A DNA stretch of 62,832 nt, filler included, from Chrysochromulina tobinii (lineage: Eukaryota), in the NCBI GenBank assembly GCA_001275005.1. It is 5 parts of 5 records of this genome, joined end to end, with 100 filler letters (N's around TTAATTAATTAA, not from the genome) between each part and the next. Parts side by side here need not be neighbours in the genome. Positions count along the whole stretch, not along the records: positions 22,804 to 38,848 come from JWZX01001279.1; positions 38,949 to 48,750 come from JWZX01001280.1; 3 more parts are not named here. One strand, 5' to 3'. The notes under the pieces were generated by a model. It ran no database searches, was not told the origin of the DNA, and was given only the letters and a program-made list of their open reading frames with translations. This document shows positions 32,924-44,900 of this stretch, piece after piece. Positions within the stretch are counted from its first letter, which is position 1. Each line of letters begins with the position of its first letter. A program made the position numbers and the translations under genes.

Positions 32924-34204
32924 TCAAGTCAAGTCTTGCTGTGGATCCGCCCACTCCTGCTGCGCGACGAACACATAGCGCCAGAGCCGCTCAAAGACGT
33001 GCCCCGTGATTGGGTCCACTCGCGAGCACAGACCTGATACAGGGGGGACGGGAGGAGGCGCCGTGATGAGCACTTGCATGCGTGCCCCGTGATTGGGTCC
33101 ACTCGCGAGCACAGACCGCCCATCAGAGGCAATCAGGGCTCATCAGTCGCAATCAGGGCTCATCACTCGCGAGCACAGACCGCCCTCGGGCCCCAGCGCC
33201 GTCTCGAGCACGCTGAGCGGTGTGCGCGACAGCGCGTCGCGGCTGATGGCAAACAGGGCGCCCGGTGTGAAGCCAAACCAGAGAGGTAGGGGCCGATCCG
33301 TTCCAAATAAGGAACGCCATGTTCGCTCGATTGGGAGAAGTTTGGGCTGATGCGGTGCGCCGCTCGCGTCGCAGTAGATGATCCGCTCGCCGCCGCTCCA
33401 GACACCGAGGGGTGTGAACCGCGGTAAGCGGCCAGGTGTGAGCCGCGCGGCGGCGGCGGCCAAGGTGGCCACGTCGTCGAGGAAGCTCGCGTTGTGCTCA
33501 AACGGGTTGGCTTGCGTGCAGACGAGCAGCGGTGGCGGTGGCCCTTCGGCGCCTGTGTCGGTGGTGGCGGATGCGGGAGTGGCGGCCGGGTCGTTGGTCG
33601 CAGACGCCGACGAGCCAGGGCTCGCGCTTCTCAAAGTCCCCGAAGGCTCGGAAGGCTCCAATGCCTCGGAAGTTTCCGAAGTCGAGCACATCGCGCGCCT
33701 CAAGTGGACGAGGTAGGTCAGGTACGAATGAGACTCTCGGCCCACGTTGGGAAGGAGCGTCTGGCGCGCTGGCTCGAGCTCGGGCTGCAGCGCATGCTTC
33801 TGAAGCACGTGGGCCTCCACCAACGGTGGGAGCGACTGTAGCCATGACGTGTCCTCCTGGTAGCGTGCCACGATGAGGCGCACGGTCGGTCCACCATCGC
33901 TGGCGCTCGTAGATGCGTCGGCCTGGCTTGCTCTGCTGCGCGATTCGAGCGTCAGCGTGCGCTCGCAGGGGACTTCGGCCGGCTTGAGAGCGAGCGCCGC
34001 CGGTTGCTTGGCAAGCGTCCGAGCTGCAACCATGCGGCCCAACAGCGGCAAGAGCTCAGCTGTCGGCGTCTCAAGAAGCTCTTCGCACAGGCCGCACTCG
34101 ATGAGCTGCTGACGCGCTGCAGGACTGAAGCCCGCGACAAGAGCGATCGAGCACCAGCGCTGGGCCTCCGATTCGGCGAGCGCGAGGTCCTCGGCAGAAT
34201 GCAT
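32924..34204 (-). CDS. DUF3431-like protein; intron 33034-33180
   Basis: LIVARYQEDTSWL, LPNVGRESHSYLTYL, QANPFEH, GALFAISRD, GHVFERLWRYVF; start uncertain (may be 34290 with a further intron). Confidence 0.75.
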
Positions 34205-34412
34205 GAACGCGCGCGTGATGAACAGAACTTCCGAAGTTGTGGAACGCGGGACATGTCGGCATTAGTATGTCGGCCAACCCCTTCGTCCATAGCGAAAGAT
34301 GCTCTTGTGCTGGGGGTCCGGTTGTGACAGCCTGCGCGTCGTGAGTTCGGCAGCCGCGCGAGGCACGAGTTTCGTCGAAGAGGTCTTCCTTCGGCGGCTG
34401 TCGGCGACGCTA

Positions 34413-35582
34413 ATGATGCTCCTGGTCGTCGGGCTAGTCAACGGCCTCGTTTCGCCCTGGATGGCTCGGCCGCGTGTGCCGATCACGATGATGACCGATA
34501 CGCGCTACTTGATCGATCCCATCAACGTCGGGCCGGCCACAGCCTTCCTTGAACAGCATCCGCAGCTCGACACCCCGCGCATGCAGGTCATCGGCCACCG
34601 TGCGCGCGGCCGAGCTTGACCCTCTGTCCCTGATCTGTGCCAGCCCTGTTGCTGCTCACCCAGAAATCCGCGGATCGGCCAACGTCTACGCAGAGACACC
34701 GATGACCGACGAGGCCGTGGACCAATTTCTCGTCTTTATTCAAGACACTCTCGATCTGGGCGTCCCCTTTGCAGTGCTGTGGGATGTTCGTCGCGAGAGC
34801 TTTCCCACGATGAAGCACCTCCGCAAGGTCATCTCTTGGCTCGACGAGGGCGACCGCGCCGCCGTGTGGGACTCCCGCGTCACCTGCCACTATCTCGTGC
34901 TCAGGTACCCCGAGCTCGGATCTGCCCTCGACATGACCCTGCATGCAAGTGCTCACCACGGCGCCCTCCCCATCTCGTGCTCAGGAACCCGCTCGTGCGC
35001 GCCGGTATTGGCCTCATGGCGCGCGTCGCGAACGCACCGCAGCCCGTCAGATGCGCCTCGAGCGACGCCGAGGCTCTCGTCTTTGCACAAGCATGCGCTC
35101 GGCCGGCTCGTGTGCTCAGCGCTCGCGATGCGGAGATGCGATTGCATCGCCCGGAGCCCGCTGCAGAGGTCCACTTTACCTCGGTCCAGTCCGCAGAGGC
35201 TGCGGTGGTCCAGTCCGCAGAGGCTGCAGCCCAGGTGGCCACTGGAGCGCATGCCGTCATGGACCCACGTGCCACGTCATCACCTACCGGTGCTCCTCCC
35301 AGCCCGTGTGATGATGCCACGTCATCACCTGCCGGTGCTCCTCCCAGCCCGTGTGATGATGCCACGTCATCACCTGCCGGTGCTCCTCCCAGCCCGTGTG
35401 ATGATGCCCCGAGCTTGCAGCATGCATTGCCGCATGAGACGGCACTGCACGTGCCACGTCATCACGACGAAGCCGAGGCGCAGAGGCGCACCCAAATCGG
35501 GGGTGACGAAGCCGAGGCGCAGAGGCGCATCCGAATCGGGCAGCTCGAGCTGCGCTGGCCTCGGCAGCGCTCAGGCGCTTAG
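34413..35582 (+). CDS. Hypothetical protein with signal/transit-like leader; introns ~34587-34663 and 34905-34984
   Basis: Leader MMLLVVGLVNGLVSPWMARPRVPITM; three ORF segments join through GT-AG introns; low-complexity repeat tail. Confidence 0.55.
35271..35408 (+). repeat. 45-bp coding tandem repeat x3 (ATSSPxGAPPSPCDD)
   Basis: GCCACGTCATCACCT(A/G)CCGGTGCTCCTCCCAGCCCGTGTGATGAT three times. Confidence 0.9.
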
Positions 35583-36275
35583 GACAGCGCTCAGGCGCTT
35601 AGGACTAGGCGCTTCTATAGCCAGCCCACTAAGTTGGTGCGAGGACAACGGCATCGCTATTGATCGCCTTTTATAGACCAGGAGATGAGTTGCCGCGACG
35701 AGAGCGTGAGGCAGCGCGCGTCCATACGCGCGGCATGCGAGATGGCGTCGTGGTGAGTTTGAGCATGCGAGACGGGCATGACACCAATTCGCCATGGGGA
35801 CATGCGAGATGGCGTCGTGGTGAGCACTTGCATGCGAGACGGGCACCAATTCGCCATGATCGGGGACGCGGGTCATATCCTAGACGGGCTGCCGCGCAAC
35901 GCCAACGGTGCAGTTTAAAATAATAATAAATCGAATACGATAGCCGGATAGCCGACCGTTAAATACATGGTTAAATAGCGACGGAAATATCAATTCTGAC
36001 ATCTGAGCATGATCCGTCTCTCTCGCGCCGTGCACTGAATTAAGAATTACACAGTTGTGTATCAATGACAGTCACATGTCATTCGTCCAAAGCCTTTCGT
36101 AACGGCAAAATGCGCACGGCATCACAGTGACTAAAAAGACATGGCGCTGCGCCACACGCTGCCCTGCTGCCGAGCACAGCACCTCTGACCTCATCGACCG
36201 TGCGCATGCCTCTCGACTATCCGTGTACGGAGGTAGATCCGCAGCGGGCCATGCAAGGTGCGCCCGTCACGGCGC

Positions 36276-37197
36276 CTAGTGCTGGCCGAGGAAGGCGGCT
36301 TCGCGAAGGACCTGAGCGGCACGAGCATCGAGCATCTGCTGCACGAAGGGCAGGCCAGCGTCGATGGCCGAGAAGGGCGCCATGAACTCGCCCTTGTAGG
36401 GGATCAGGGGGAGCGAGTCGAGGCCGGGCACGATCAGGCCCTTGGACGCGGACACCAAGCCGAAGATGCCCAGCTGGGCCAAGCGGCCGTTGTTGATTTC
36501 GGCGAGCAGCGCTCTCGCTTTGCGCTCGGGCGTCATCTTGGCCGTCAGGCCCAGAGGGTCCCACAGGTTGAGCGGGATGGGGTGCGGCATCTTGCCCTTG
36601 AGCTTCGGGAAGTAGCCGGGCTTGCCACCACGCACATAGTGTTGCTGGCCGTCTGCCGCAAGGAAGATCGACGACTCGCCGCACAGCTCTAGGAAGCCGA
36701 TGGCGGCGAAGATCTGCAGCTTGGCCGCCGAGGGCAGCGCATCCCCACTGGTCGCCCGGACCGCCCGCTGCCGAGATCTCGGCGAACGAGATCGGCTTGA
36801 CGCCGTGGAACGTCGCGAGGCCCTGCAGGTTCCACGGCCAGTGGATGCCGGCGGACTGGACACAGAAGCCGACGAAGGCGGCCATCGCGACGCGGCCGTG
36901 CTTGATCTCGGCGTGGCGGAACCAGCCAATCGTCTCCTTGCTCTTGTCGCCAATGTTGAGCGGGTCGTAGTACCCAAAGATGGGGTTGAGCTCGTTGGCA
37001 AGCTTCTCGAGGCCGGCCTTGTTCGAGATCTCAGTGGACTTCCACGGCTTCACCGGCGTCGTGTCAATGGCAAAGTCGCTGAAGAAGTCCTTGGCAATGT
37101 CCATCGTGGGCGTCGCCGCGCGCACGCTCGTCGGCACGGGCACCACGGCCGGCGCGAAGGAGAGGGAAGCACCCGTAAGAGCAAAAGCCAGCGACAT
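36276..37197 (-). CDS. Light-harvesting chlorophyll a/c (fucoxanthin) binding protein; one apparent frameshift at ~36743-36746
   Basis: [36 protein letters not shown]; extra G in CAGTGGGGATGCG relative to the paralog's CAGTGGGATGCG. Confidence 0.88.
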
Positions 37198-37498
37198 TGC
37201 GATTTGTGTTGTGCGCTCTCCAGGGCGAGGTGCACGCGATAATGAAGGGCTTTCCAAAAAAGGCTCCAATTGCGATTAAGCTCGCCCGTTCAGTCAGCTG
37301 TTGTGCGTATGTAACGCACCACAGAAAACAGGGAGCCGTCTTGGCGTCCGAGTTGTCGCACACGTGCAGACTGAACCCATTTTAGGAAGTTGCACCATTT
37401 TGACGAACTTGAAATTAACACGGTCTAATTAAAGGATGCAATGAAAGGATCGAAATTGCTTTTTATTTCCGCTCTGCTTCCAGCTCCTTTCCGCAAAA

Positions 37499-38444
37499 AT
37501 GCTTGCCTCTGTCGTCGCTCTTCCCTCCATGGTCGCGCCCGTCGTGCGCACGTCCACGCCCATGATGGGCGTCGCCCCCGACACGTCGTACAAGCCGTGG
37601 ACCTCGAAGGGTGCGCAAACGTGCACGAACGCAACTGCAACGGTCCCTGACATGCGTGCTCTGGGCCGCCGCTCACGCTCGCTTTTCGCCTCCCATGTTC
37701 GCAGAGATCTCGAACCAGGCTGGCCTCGAGGCGCTCGCCAACAAGCTCAACCCGATCGTTGGCTACTGGGACCCGCTCAACATTGGCACCGCTGGCTCGC
37801 CGGAGCTGATCGGCTGGTTCCGCCACGCCGAGATCAAGCACGGCCGCGTGGCGATGGCCGCCTTCGTCGGGTACATCGTGCAGGCGAACGGCATCCACTG
37901 GCCTGGCAACATTCAGATGCCACTCGGCGCTGTGAACGCGAACCTGCCGACGGTCTCGTACGCCGACATCTCGGCCGCGGGCGGCCCGAGCGACCAGTGG
38001 GATGCGCTGCCGACCGGCGCGAAGCTGCAGATCCTCGGCGCGATCGGTTTCCTCGAGTTGTGGGGTGAGGCGACGCCCGCCCTCGAGCTCGACGGCCAGC
38101 AGCACTACGTGCGCGGCGGCAAGCCCGGCTACTACCCCACCTTCAAGGGCCGCCTGCCCCACCCGGTGCCCTTCAACCTCTTCGATCCGTTTGGCTTTTC
38201 GAAGAACAAGACGCCCGAGCAGAAGGAGCGCGGCCTGCTCGTCGAGCTGAACAACGGGCGCGCGGCCCAGCTGGGCATCTTCGGCTTGGTGTCCGCGTCC
38301 AAGGGCCTGATTGTGCCCGGCCTCGACTCGCTCCCCCTGACCCCCTACAAGGGCGAGCCGATGGCTTATTTCTCGGCGGTCAACTCGGACCTGCCGTACG
38401 TCTCTGACATGCTCAACTGGCACGCCCCGGGCGGCGCGTTCTAA
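37499..38444 (+). CDS. Light-harvesting chlorophyll a/c binding protein (divergent paralog); intron 37611-37704
   Basis: [36 protein letters not shown]; spliced ...KPWTSK-E-ISNQAG matches the paralog's KPWKSTEISNKAG. Confidence 0.92.
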
Positions 38445-38792
38445 ATGCACACGGCGCCATGGGGGGGAAGGGGGGGGGGCGCGAAACTGGCCCCCACGTC
38501 GTAGCGCTGTCGTGGGCATGGATGCGTCCACGAGATGGACGAGAGGACACGAGGAGACGTCGCGGCGCCGTCGTGGGCATGGACGGCGGGAGACTCGAGA
38601 TCTCGAGAGGACACGAGTGCGGTGTGGTGGTGTGGTGAGCACCGCGACGAAACTGACATACAGGCTGACCAGGGGGGATGATGATGAGACCTGTCAAATA
38701 CGTGTACATGTAAGTGGGAGCGGCTTCTTTCGTCAATGGAACAAAGCCCGCAGCTCCCTGCATGACGTTCGTCGCGTCCCTGCGTATACACA

Positions 38793-38838
38793 GCGTCGGG
38801 TGCGTATACGCAGGTAGGTGCGTATACGCACCCGACGC
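38793..38838. repeat. Perfect 20-bp inverted repeat (hairpin) at contig end
   Basis: GCGTCGGGTGCGTATACGCA-ggtagg-TGCGTATACGCACCCGACGC. Confidence 0.85.
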
Positions 38839-38848
38839 CGCGTTTACG

Positions 38849-38948
38849 NNNNNNNNNNNNNNNNNNNNNNNNNNNNNNNNNNNNNNNNNNNNTTAATTAA
38901 TTAANNNNNNNNNNNNNNNNNNNNNNNNNNNNNNNNNNNNNNNNNNNN
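38849..38948. other. Artificial contig linker
   Basis: N44-TTAATTAATTAA-N44. Confidence 0.97.
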
Positions 38949-41900
38949 TCTCCTGCTCGCGGCCAGCTGCCATGCGTAGGTCTCCCATTCCCATGACACG
39001 GGCGGCGCACGTCGCGCGGACGCAGATGGTCTGCAGAGCCGCGTGCTCAAGCCGCACGACTCGTGCCAAGCCCACCACCACGCCCTGCGGGGCGCCGCTC
39101 GAAAGCACGAGCAGCTGAGCAGGCGGGCGCGACGCCGCAAGCTCCTGGACCAGAGCGAGCGCGAGCACGATGCTCTGCAGAGCTGGTGCTTGCGACGTTT
39201 CCACACAAAGTATGAGCACCACTTGCTGCACACATACGTTCGCCTTCATCATCTGAGGCGGCGAGGAGTGCTCGCCATCTGCTCCCTCTTTCAAAGCGAG
39301 CACCATGACTCGCTGATGCGACGTTGAGCCGGGATGCTCGTGGTGGTGGTGGTGCTCCGCCCGAGCTTGGAAGCACGAGCAGTAGATTGTTGTCGCTGCC
39401 GCCGACGTGCGGCCCTGTGGCATCCAAGAGAAGGTGCGCCGCCTGTAGAGTAGTAGTGGGGCCGAGAGGCTACTGGTTTGCGGTGAGAGCCGGCTCTCAT
39501 GCGATTGCGTGACCACGCTTGCGATGGTGCCACTGAATCCAAAGGCGTTCGTGAGACCACACAAGCGCTGAGCGGATGCTATCTGGCCCACTCCGATTGT
39601 CATCATGCATCGACGGCAGTCTCGAATCACCTCGTGCACATGTGCATTGAGAACGCGCAGATGCGCATTGGGCGTCTGCGATCCTGTGTGGAGGATTCCA
39701 AGCGTCTTGAGTAGTCCAGGGAGCCCAGAGGCGCCCTCGGTGTGGCCGATGTTCGCCTTGAGGCCGCCCACAGCTACATCGTGTGCCGCTTCTGCGCCCG
39801 GCGCGTCGTTGAGAAGAGTCGCCCGCACTGTACCGATTTCGATCGGATCGCCGAGCCTTGTACCGGTGCCATGCGCCTCACACCAGCGATAGCCAGAGGC
39901 TTGGGCGGCTCGACTCGCGTGCGCCACCAGCCCGCGCTGAGCGGATCCATTCGGGGCGGTCAGGCTTGCACTTCGTCCGTCGTGTCGGACTGCAGCCCCT
40001 GCCACGATCCCTGCCACGGTGGCCTTCTTCGAGTGCTCAACGTCGTCGGCACGTAGGACGAGGGCGGCACACGCTTCTCCGCGCCCCATACCGTCTGCAC
40101 GGCTGTCGAATACGTACGATCTTCCGGTCGCTGACGTCAGGCCTGCACACGAAAAGAGCGCGTGCGTAGCAGGGGAGAGGTTGAGGTTCACACCCTGCGC
40201 CAGAGCCGCCTCGCAGTCGGAGTAGAGAGCCTGCAGAGCTGCACTGGTAGCTACCAATGCAGACGAGCATGCGGTATCGAATGTGATGCATGGCCCGTGC
40301 AGCCCCATGACATACGAAAGACGCCCCGCGGCAATGGCATTGCTGGCTGCCGCTAACGCGAACGCGCTGTCTTGAGCACGAGCCGGCCGCACGGTGACCC
40401 AATCGCACTTATCCACACCCAGGAAGACGCCTACCAGCGCTCCAGCACTCGATCGCGTAATCTGTGACATATGGAGCGCCATGTAGCCGTGCTCCAACAC
40501 CAAGCGCTGCGCCGGGTCCATGACGGCAGCCTCGGCAGCGGCGATGCTGAAGGCGGCACAGTCAAAGCACTCGGCAAGGTCCAAAAAAGCGCCAAGGCCG
40601 GCATGGGCTCCCTCGGGGGCGCGCCATCGTGATGCGGGCACATCTTGAACGTTCTCCACACTCGCAGCCCCGAGCGTCCATAACGCTCCGAGGCCGCCAA
40701 CGCGCCCTGAGGTCGCAATCGCTGTGCCGGTCACCACCACTCGAGGTTTCGTCACCACAGTTCGAGGGAGCGCGTGGCGATCCGAAGCCTTCGAGATGCC
40801 AAGGGATGTGGAGGCGGCCTCGAGGCTCAGGAAGCTAGTGATGCAACGCACCGAAGGGTGATCGAAGATCAGCGTGGCAGGAATGGGCACGGCGTCGTGC
40901 ACGAGCTTTCGCAGCCTGTCGCGCAGCTCGAGAGCGCCGAGTGAGTCGATGCCCGAGTCGGACAGAGGCGCATCGGCGTCCACCAGACGGCCAGCTAACG
41001 CCTCGACCACTCCCTGCACGACATCCATGCCGAACGCGCCGTGTTGGGCGTTGGACATCTCTGGGGGTGCAGCCGCCGCTGGGCTCGGGGCTTGCATAGC
41101 ACCAGAACCAGTACCAGTGAGAGCGGCTGGCAGGACTGCGAAGCAACTTGCGGGTAGACGCAGCGCCATGCACAGTGCCGCTGAGACCACGGCACGTGTG
41201 ATGCTCCCAACCCCAGCGCGCGCTGCATAGCCAATCTCGGCGACGGGGCCCCAGCTGATGCAGCTGGCGTGCAGGCTGCGTGCCAGCCGAAAGCCGGCCA
41301 TCGAGTCCAACCAGGCGTTGGCCGACGAGTGCGGCGACTGTCCGGCGGATCCCAGGAGCCCCGCTATGGATGAATACAAGCTGAAGAATCGGAGAGGGGT
41401 GCGGTGAGTGGCCTTGTGGAGCGCGACGGCACCATGCACCTTCGGCCCGTAGTGGAGGCTGAGACTCGATGCGTGTTGGTTGGTGAGGATACCATCCGAG
41501 AGCTGATGTGCCGCGTGGAAGACGCCACCGAGCAGTTGCTGGGCGGTGCGTTGCACGGCGCATGCAGCTTCGTGCACCGACGACTCGTCCGACACGTCGC
41601 ACCGGATGCGCTCCACGCTCGCACGCGACCTTTCGATCCACTTCCAATCCTGCTCACTGCCCGCTGAGACCCTGTCCGAGCGCGAGCAGAGGACGAGCCG
41701 TCGTGCGTATCCCCCCTCGACGAGCAGCCGTGCGGTGAGCAGGCCGAGGCCGCCCAGCCCCCCCGAGAACAAGTAGGCTCTCTCGGATCCGTCTGCATCC
41801 TTTCTGAGGGCGTCTGCATGCGAGCCCGGCCGTGGTCTGGGCGCTCGCCCTAATTGAGCGACCATGACTGCTTGTCGCATGCAGACGCCCTCAGCTTGCA

Positions 41901-44900
41901 TGCAGAGGCGCTGGCCGAAGCCGCTGTCTGAGAAGAGGCCTTCCCACTGCCGCCACGTCATCAACGGGCTGGCTTGCCCAATCCGCTCTGGGTCGCGGCT
42001 CTCAGCAAAGCGCCACCAGCCATCGGTCAGTCCAAACGTGATCTGAGCAAACATGTCGGCATGTGTGGCCTCGTTGACGAGGAGCAGGCCGCCGGGGCAG
42101 AGCAGTTTGGCGCAGTTGCGGAGCGTGCGCCCTACAAAGGGCGTCGCATGCAGCACATTGGTCGCGATCACGACATGGTGCTCGCCCAGCGCAAAGCCTT
42201 GCAGCGCAGGGTCCATGTCAATGTTGAGCAACGCATACTCCACGATGCTCTCCGCCTCAAAGCGCTGGCGAGCCCGCCGCAAGAAGCTCTCGGAGACGTC
42301 GGTGAACACGTAGCGCTCGCACTTTCCGCGTAGCACCGCCAAGATGCTCGACGCCGTACCGCCCGTTCCAGCTCCAACTTCGAGTACGACAAATGGGCGG
42401 GGGGCTGCTTGCAACGAGAGCGCTGTCTCGAGCGCAGAGACCAGGCATTCGTTGCAGAACGCGCCGCGGACGGAGTCCTCGTAGACGCTCAGGACGGCGC
42501 CCAACGACCCCTCAGGAAAGAGAGCCTCCTGGCTGGTGAGCTGGCCCATGAGCACTTCTGCCAGCCGTGAGCCACACCGCTCTGCAAGTTGCACTTCCGG
42601 CCATAAGAGCGGCTGCCTCGCGAGCACCGTCTCGCTCGTGACAAGAGGTGCAGCGTGGGCGGCGGCGCAGTCGTCTTGTGCGGCCCGGAGCGCTGTATCA
42701 AGCGCCCGAAGGAGGCACCTGTGATGCCAAAGGGGCACGGCCTCGCCCTGCACCCTTTGCAACGCATGGCGAGCGTACTGCAGACATAACTGCTCAAGTT
42801 GCGCAAAGGCTGAGTCTAGGCGCTTACGGGCATCGAGTTTGGCAGCCGCTTCGGCCATATGGGCATCGAGGTGATCGCGAAGGGTCGCGAAGCTGATCTG
42901 CCAGGCGCTCGCGCCAGCCGTGACGATCGATGCTAATCGAGGCACGTGCACAGCCATGCCGTGAATGGTCGTGCCGTGAATGGTCGCTTCTAGCTCAGTC
43001 GACTCAGTGGATCCCAGCCATGAGAGATCGCATCTCGGCAGCGCAAGCACATTCGCCCAGACGGGCAGACGCAGAGCTTGCGCTGCACCGCCACCCACAT
43101 CGAGGCAGCACACCGCGGCCCCAGAGTGCTCCTTACGAGCGGTGCGTGCCAAACCCCACAGTCCAGAGTGCGCCGCACGCACGCTCGACATGGACACAGG
43201 CTGCGTGTTCGACGTGCAGAGAAAGATGGGGGTTGCGTGCTGCTGCATCATCGCTTGGCATTGCAGCAGGGCAAGGGCAGCATCAACGACCGGCAGCTCA
43301 CACGCGCACGAGCCAGCTCCATGTTCGAGTGCGAGGATGAACAGAATTCCACTCCACTGACGGGTGCCGTGCAGCAGTGCGAGCATACGCGCTCGCGACG
43401 GCGCGCGTTCCATACGACCGAGGACGAGGAGCCTCTCGGATGGGGGCTCTCTGACCAACGATCCATCGGAAGTCGCGACGCGTACCCAGCTCATTCGATA
43501 ATAGGCCCCATCCTGTCTGGTGGCGCCCGTTGCGGCTGCGGCGCGCGAGGGCATAGAGCGCTCTGGTACTACTCTCCAAGGAAAGGCGATGCGGCAATAG
43601 ACGAGGGGCTGCTGTGAAAGGGGCTGCTGTGAAAGGGGCGGGGATCCCGTGCGTTGATGCAGCACCGCATGTGCAATGGTGCCACTGTATCCAAAAGAGC
43701 TGATCTGGCCTGCTAGCTCCAGCGCCGCATGACTGTCTCCCGCCCTGCCCAGTTGCGTGGGCATCGCCAGCATGCGGCCGCGAAGCCCATGGCGCACATG
43801 AGGGTTGAGAATGCGAAGCTGCGCATTCGGAACGGACGCGTGCTCTTGTAAGGCGAGCACAAGCTCAAGTAGTCCGACGATTCCAGCCGCAGGCTCTGCA
43901 TGGCCCAATGTGGCCTTGACACCACTGGCTGCCACCCGCATCCACTCACGCCCAGGGCCGAGCACGGCGGCAGAAAAGGAGCCAACCTCAATCGGATCGC
44001 CGAGCGACGTGCCCGTGCCGTGCATCTCCGCGAGCCTGGGCGACCCAGATCGCAACGCCGCGTCGGCCAATGCGGCCACGAGAAGGCTCTGCTGCGCCCG
44101 GCCGTTAGGCGCCGTGAGGCTGGCCGATTTGCCGTCCTGCTGGACCGCACTCCCGTCGAGGATGGGCGCTGTGATGGGCGCCGCGCTGGGCGCTGTGATG
44201 GGCGCCGCATTCGAAGCGTGAGGTACCGGTTGCATCACCAGGCTGGCGCATGCATCGGCGCGAGCGTACCCGTCAGCACGCACATCGAAGGTGTGCGAAC
44301 GGCCTCGCTCGGACGTCATGCCAGCCAGCGCGAGGTTCCTACTCGCGGCCGGCGCAAGCATGAGCATGACGCCCGAGACCAGACCCAAGGTACACTCCTT
44401 GAATTGAAGAGCACGCCTCGCAGCGTGGCACGAGACGAGCGACGCGGAGCAAGCCGTGTCGCACGAGACACTCGGACCATGCAGACCGAGCACGTACGAG
44501 AGGCGGCCCGAAGCGATGGCGAGGCTCGAGCCTGTGGCCGTGTATGCGCTAGCCGCCGCCCCGGCCGTGGCGAGCACCTGCGCAAACTCTGTGGAAGCAA
44601 TGCCAAGGAAGACGCCAGTGAGCGTGCCCTCGAGCGCGGAGCGTCGCAAACCGGCTTCGTACAGTGCGGAGTAGCCACGCTCGGCCAGCATGCGATGTTG
44701 AGGGTCCATCGCGGCGGCCTCGACGGGAGAGATGTGGAAGGCGTCGTTGTCGAAGAGCTCCTCACCGTTAACGAACCCGCCTTGGCGCATGCGCCGCTCA
44801 ACGTGCGGAGAGAGCCCAGCCGCCACAGCATCATGGTTCCATCGCACTGCAGGGACCTGCCGAATCACGTCCGTGCCACACGCAGCCAAGTGCACGAGCG

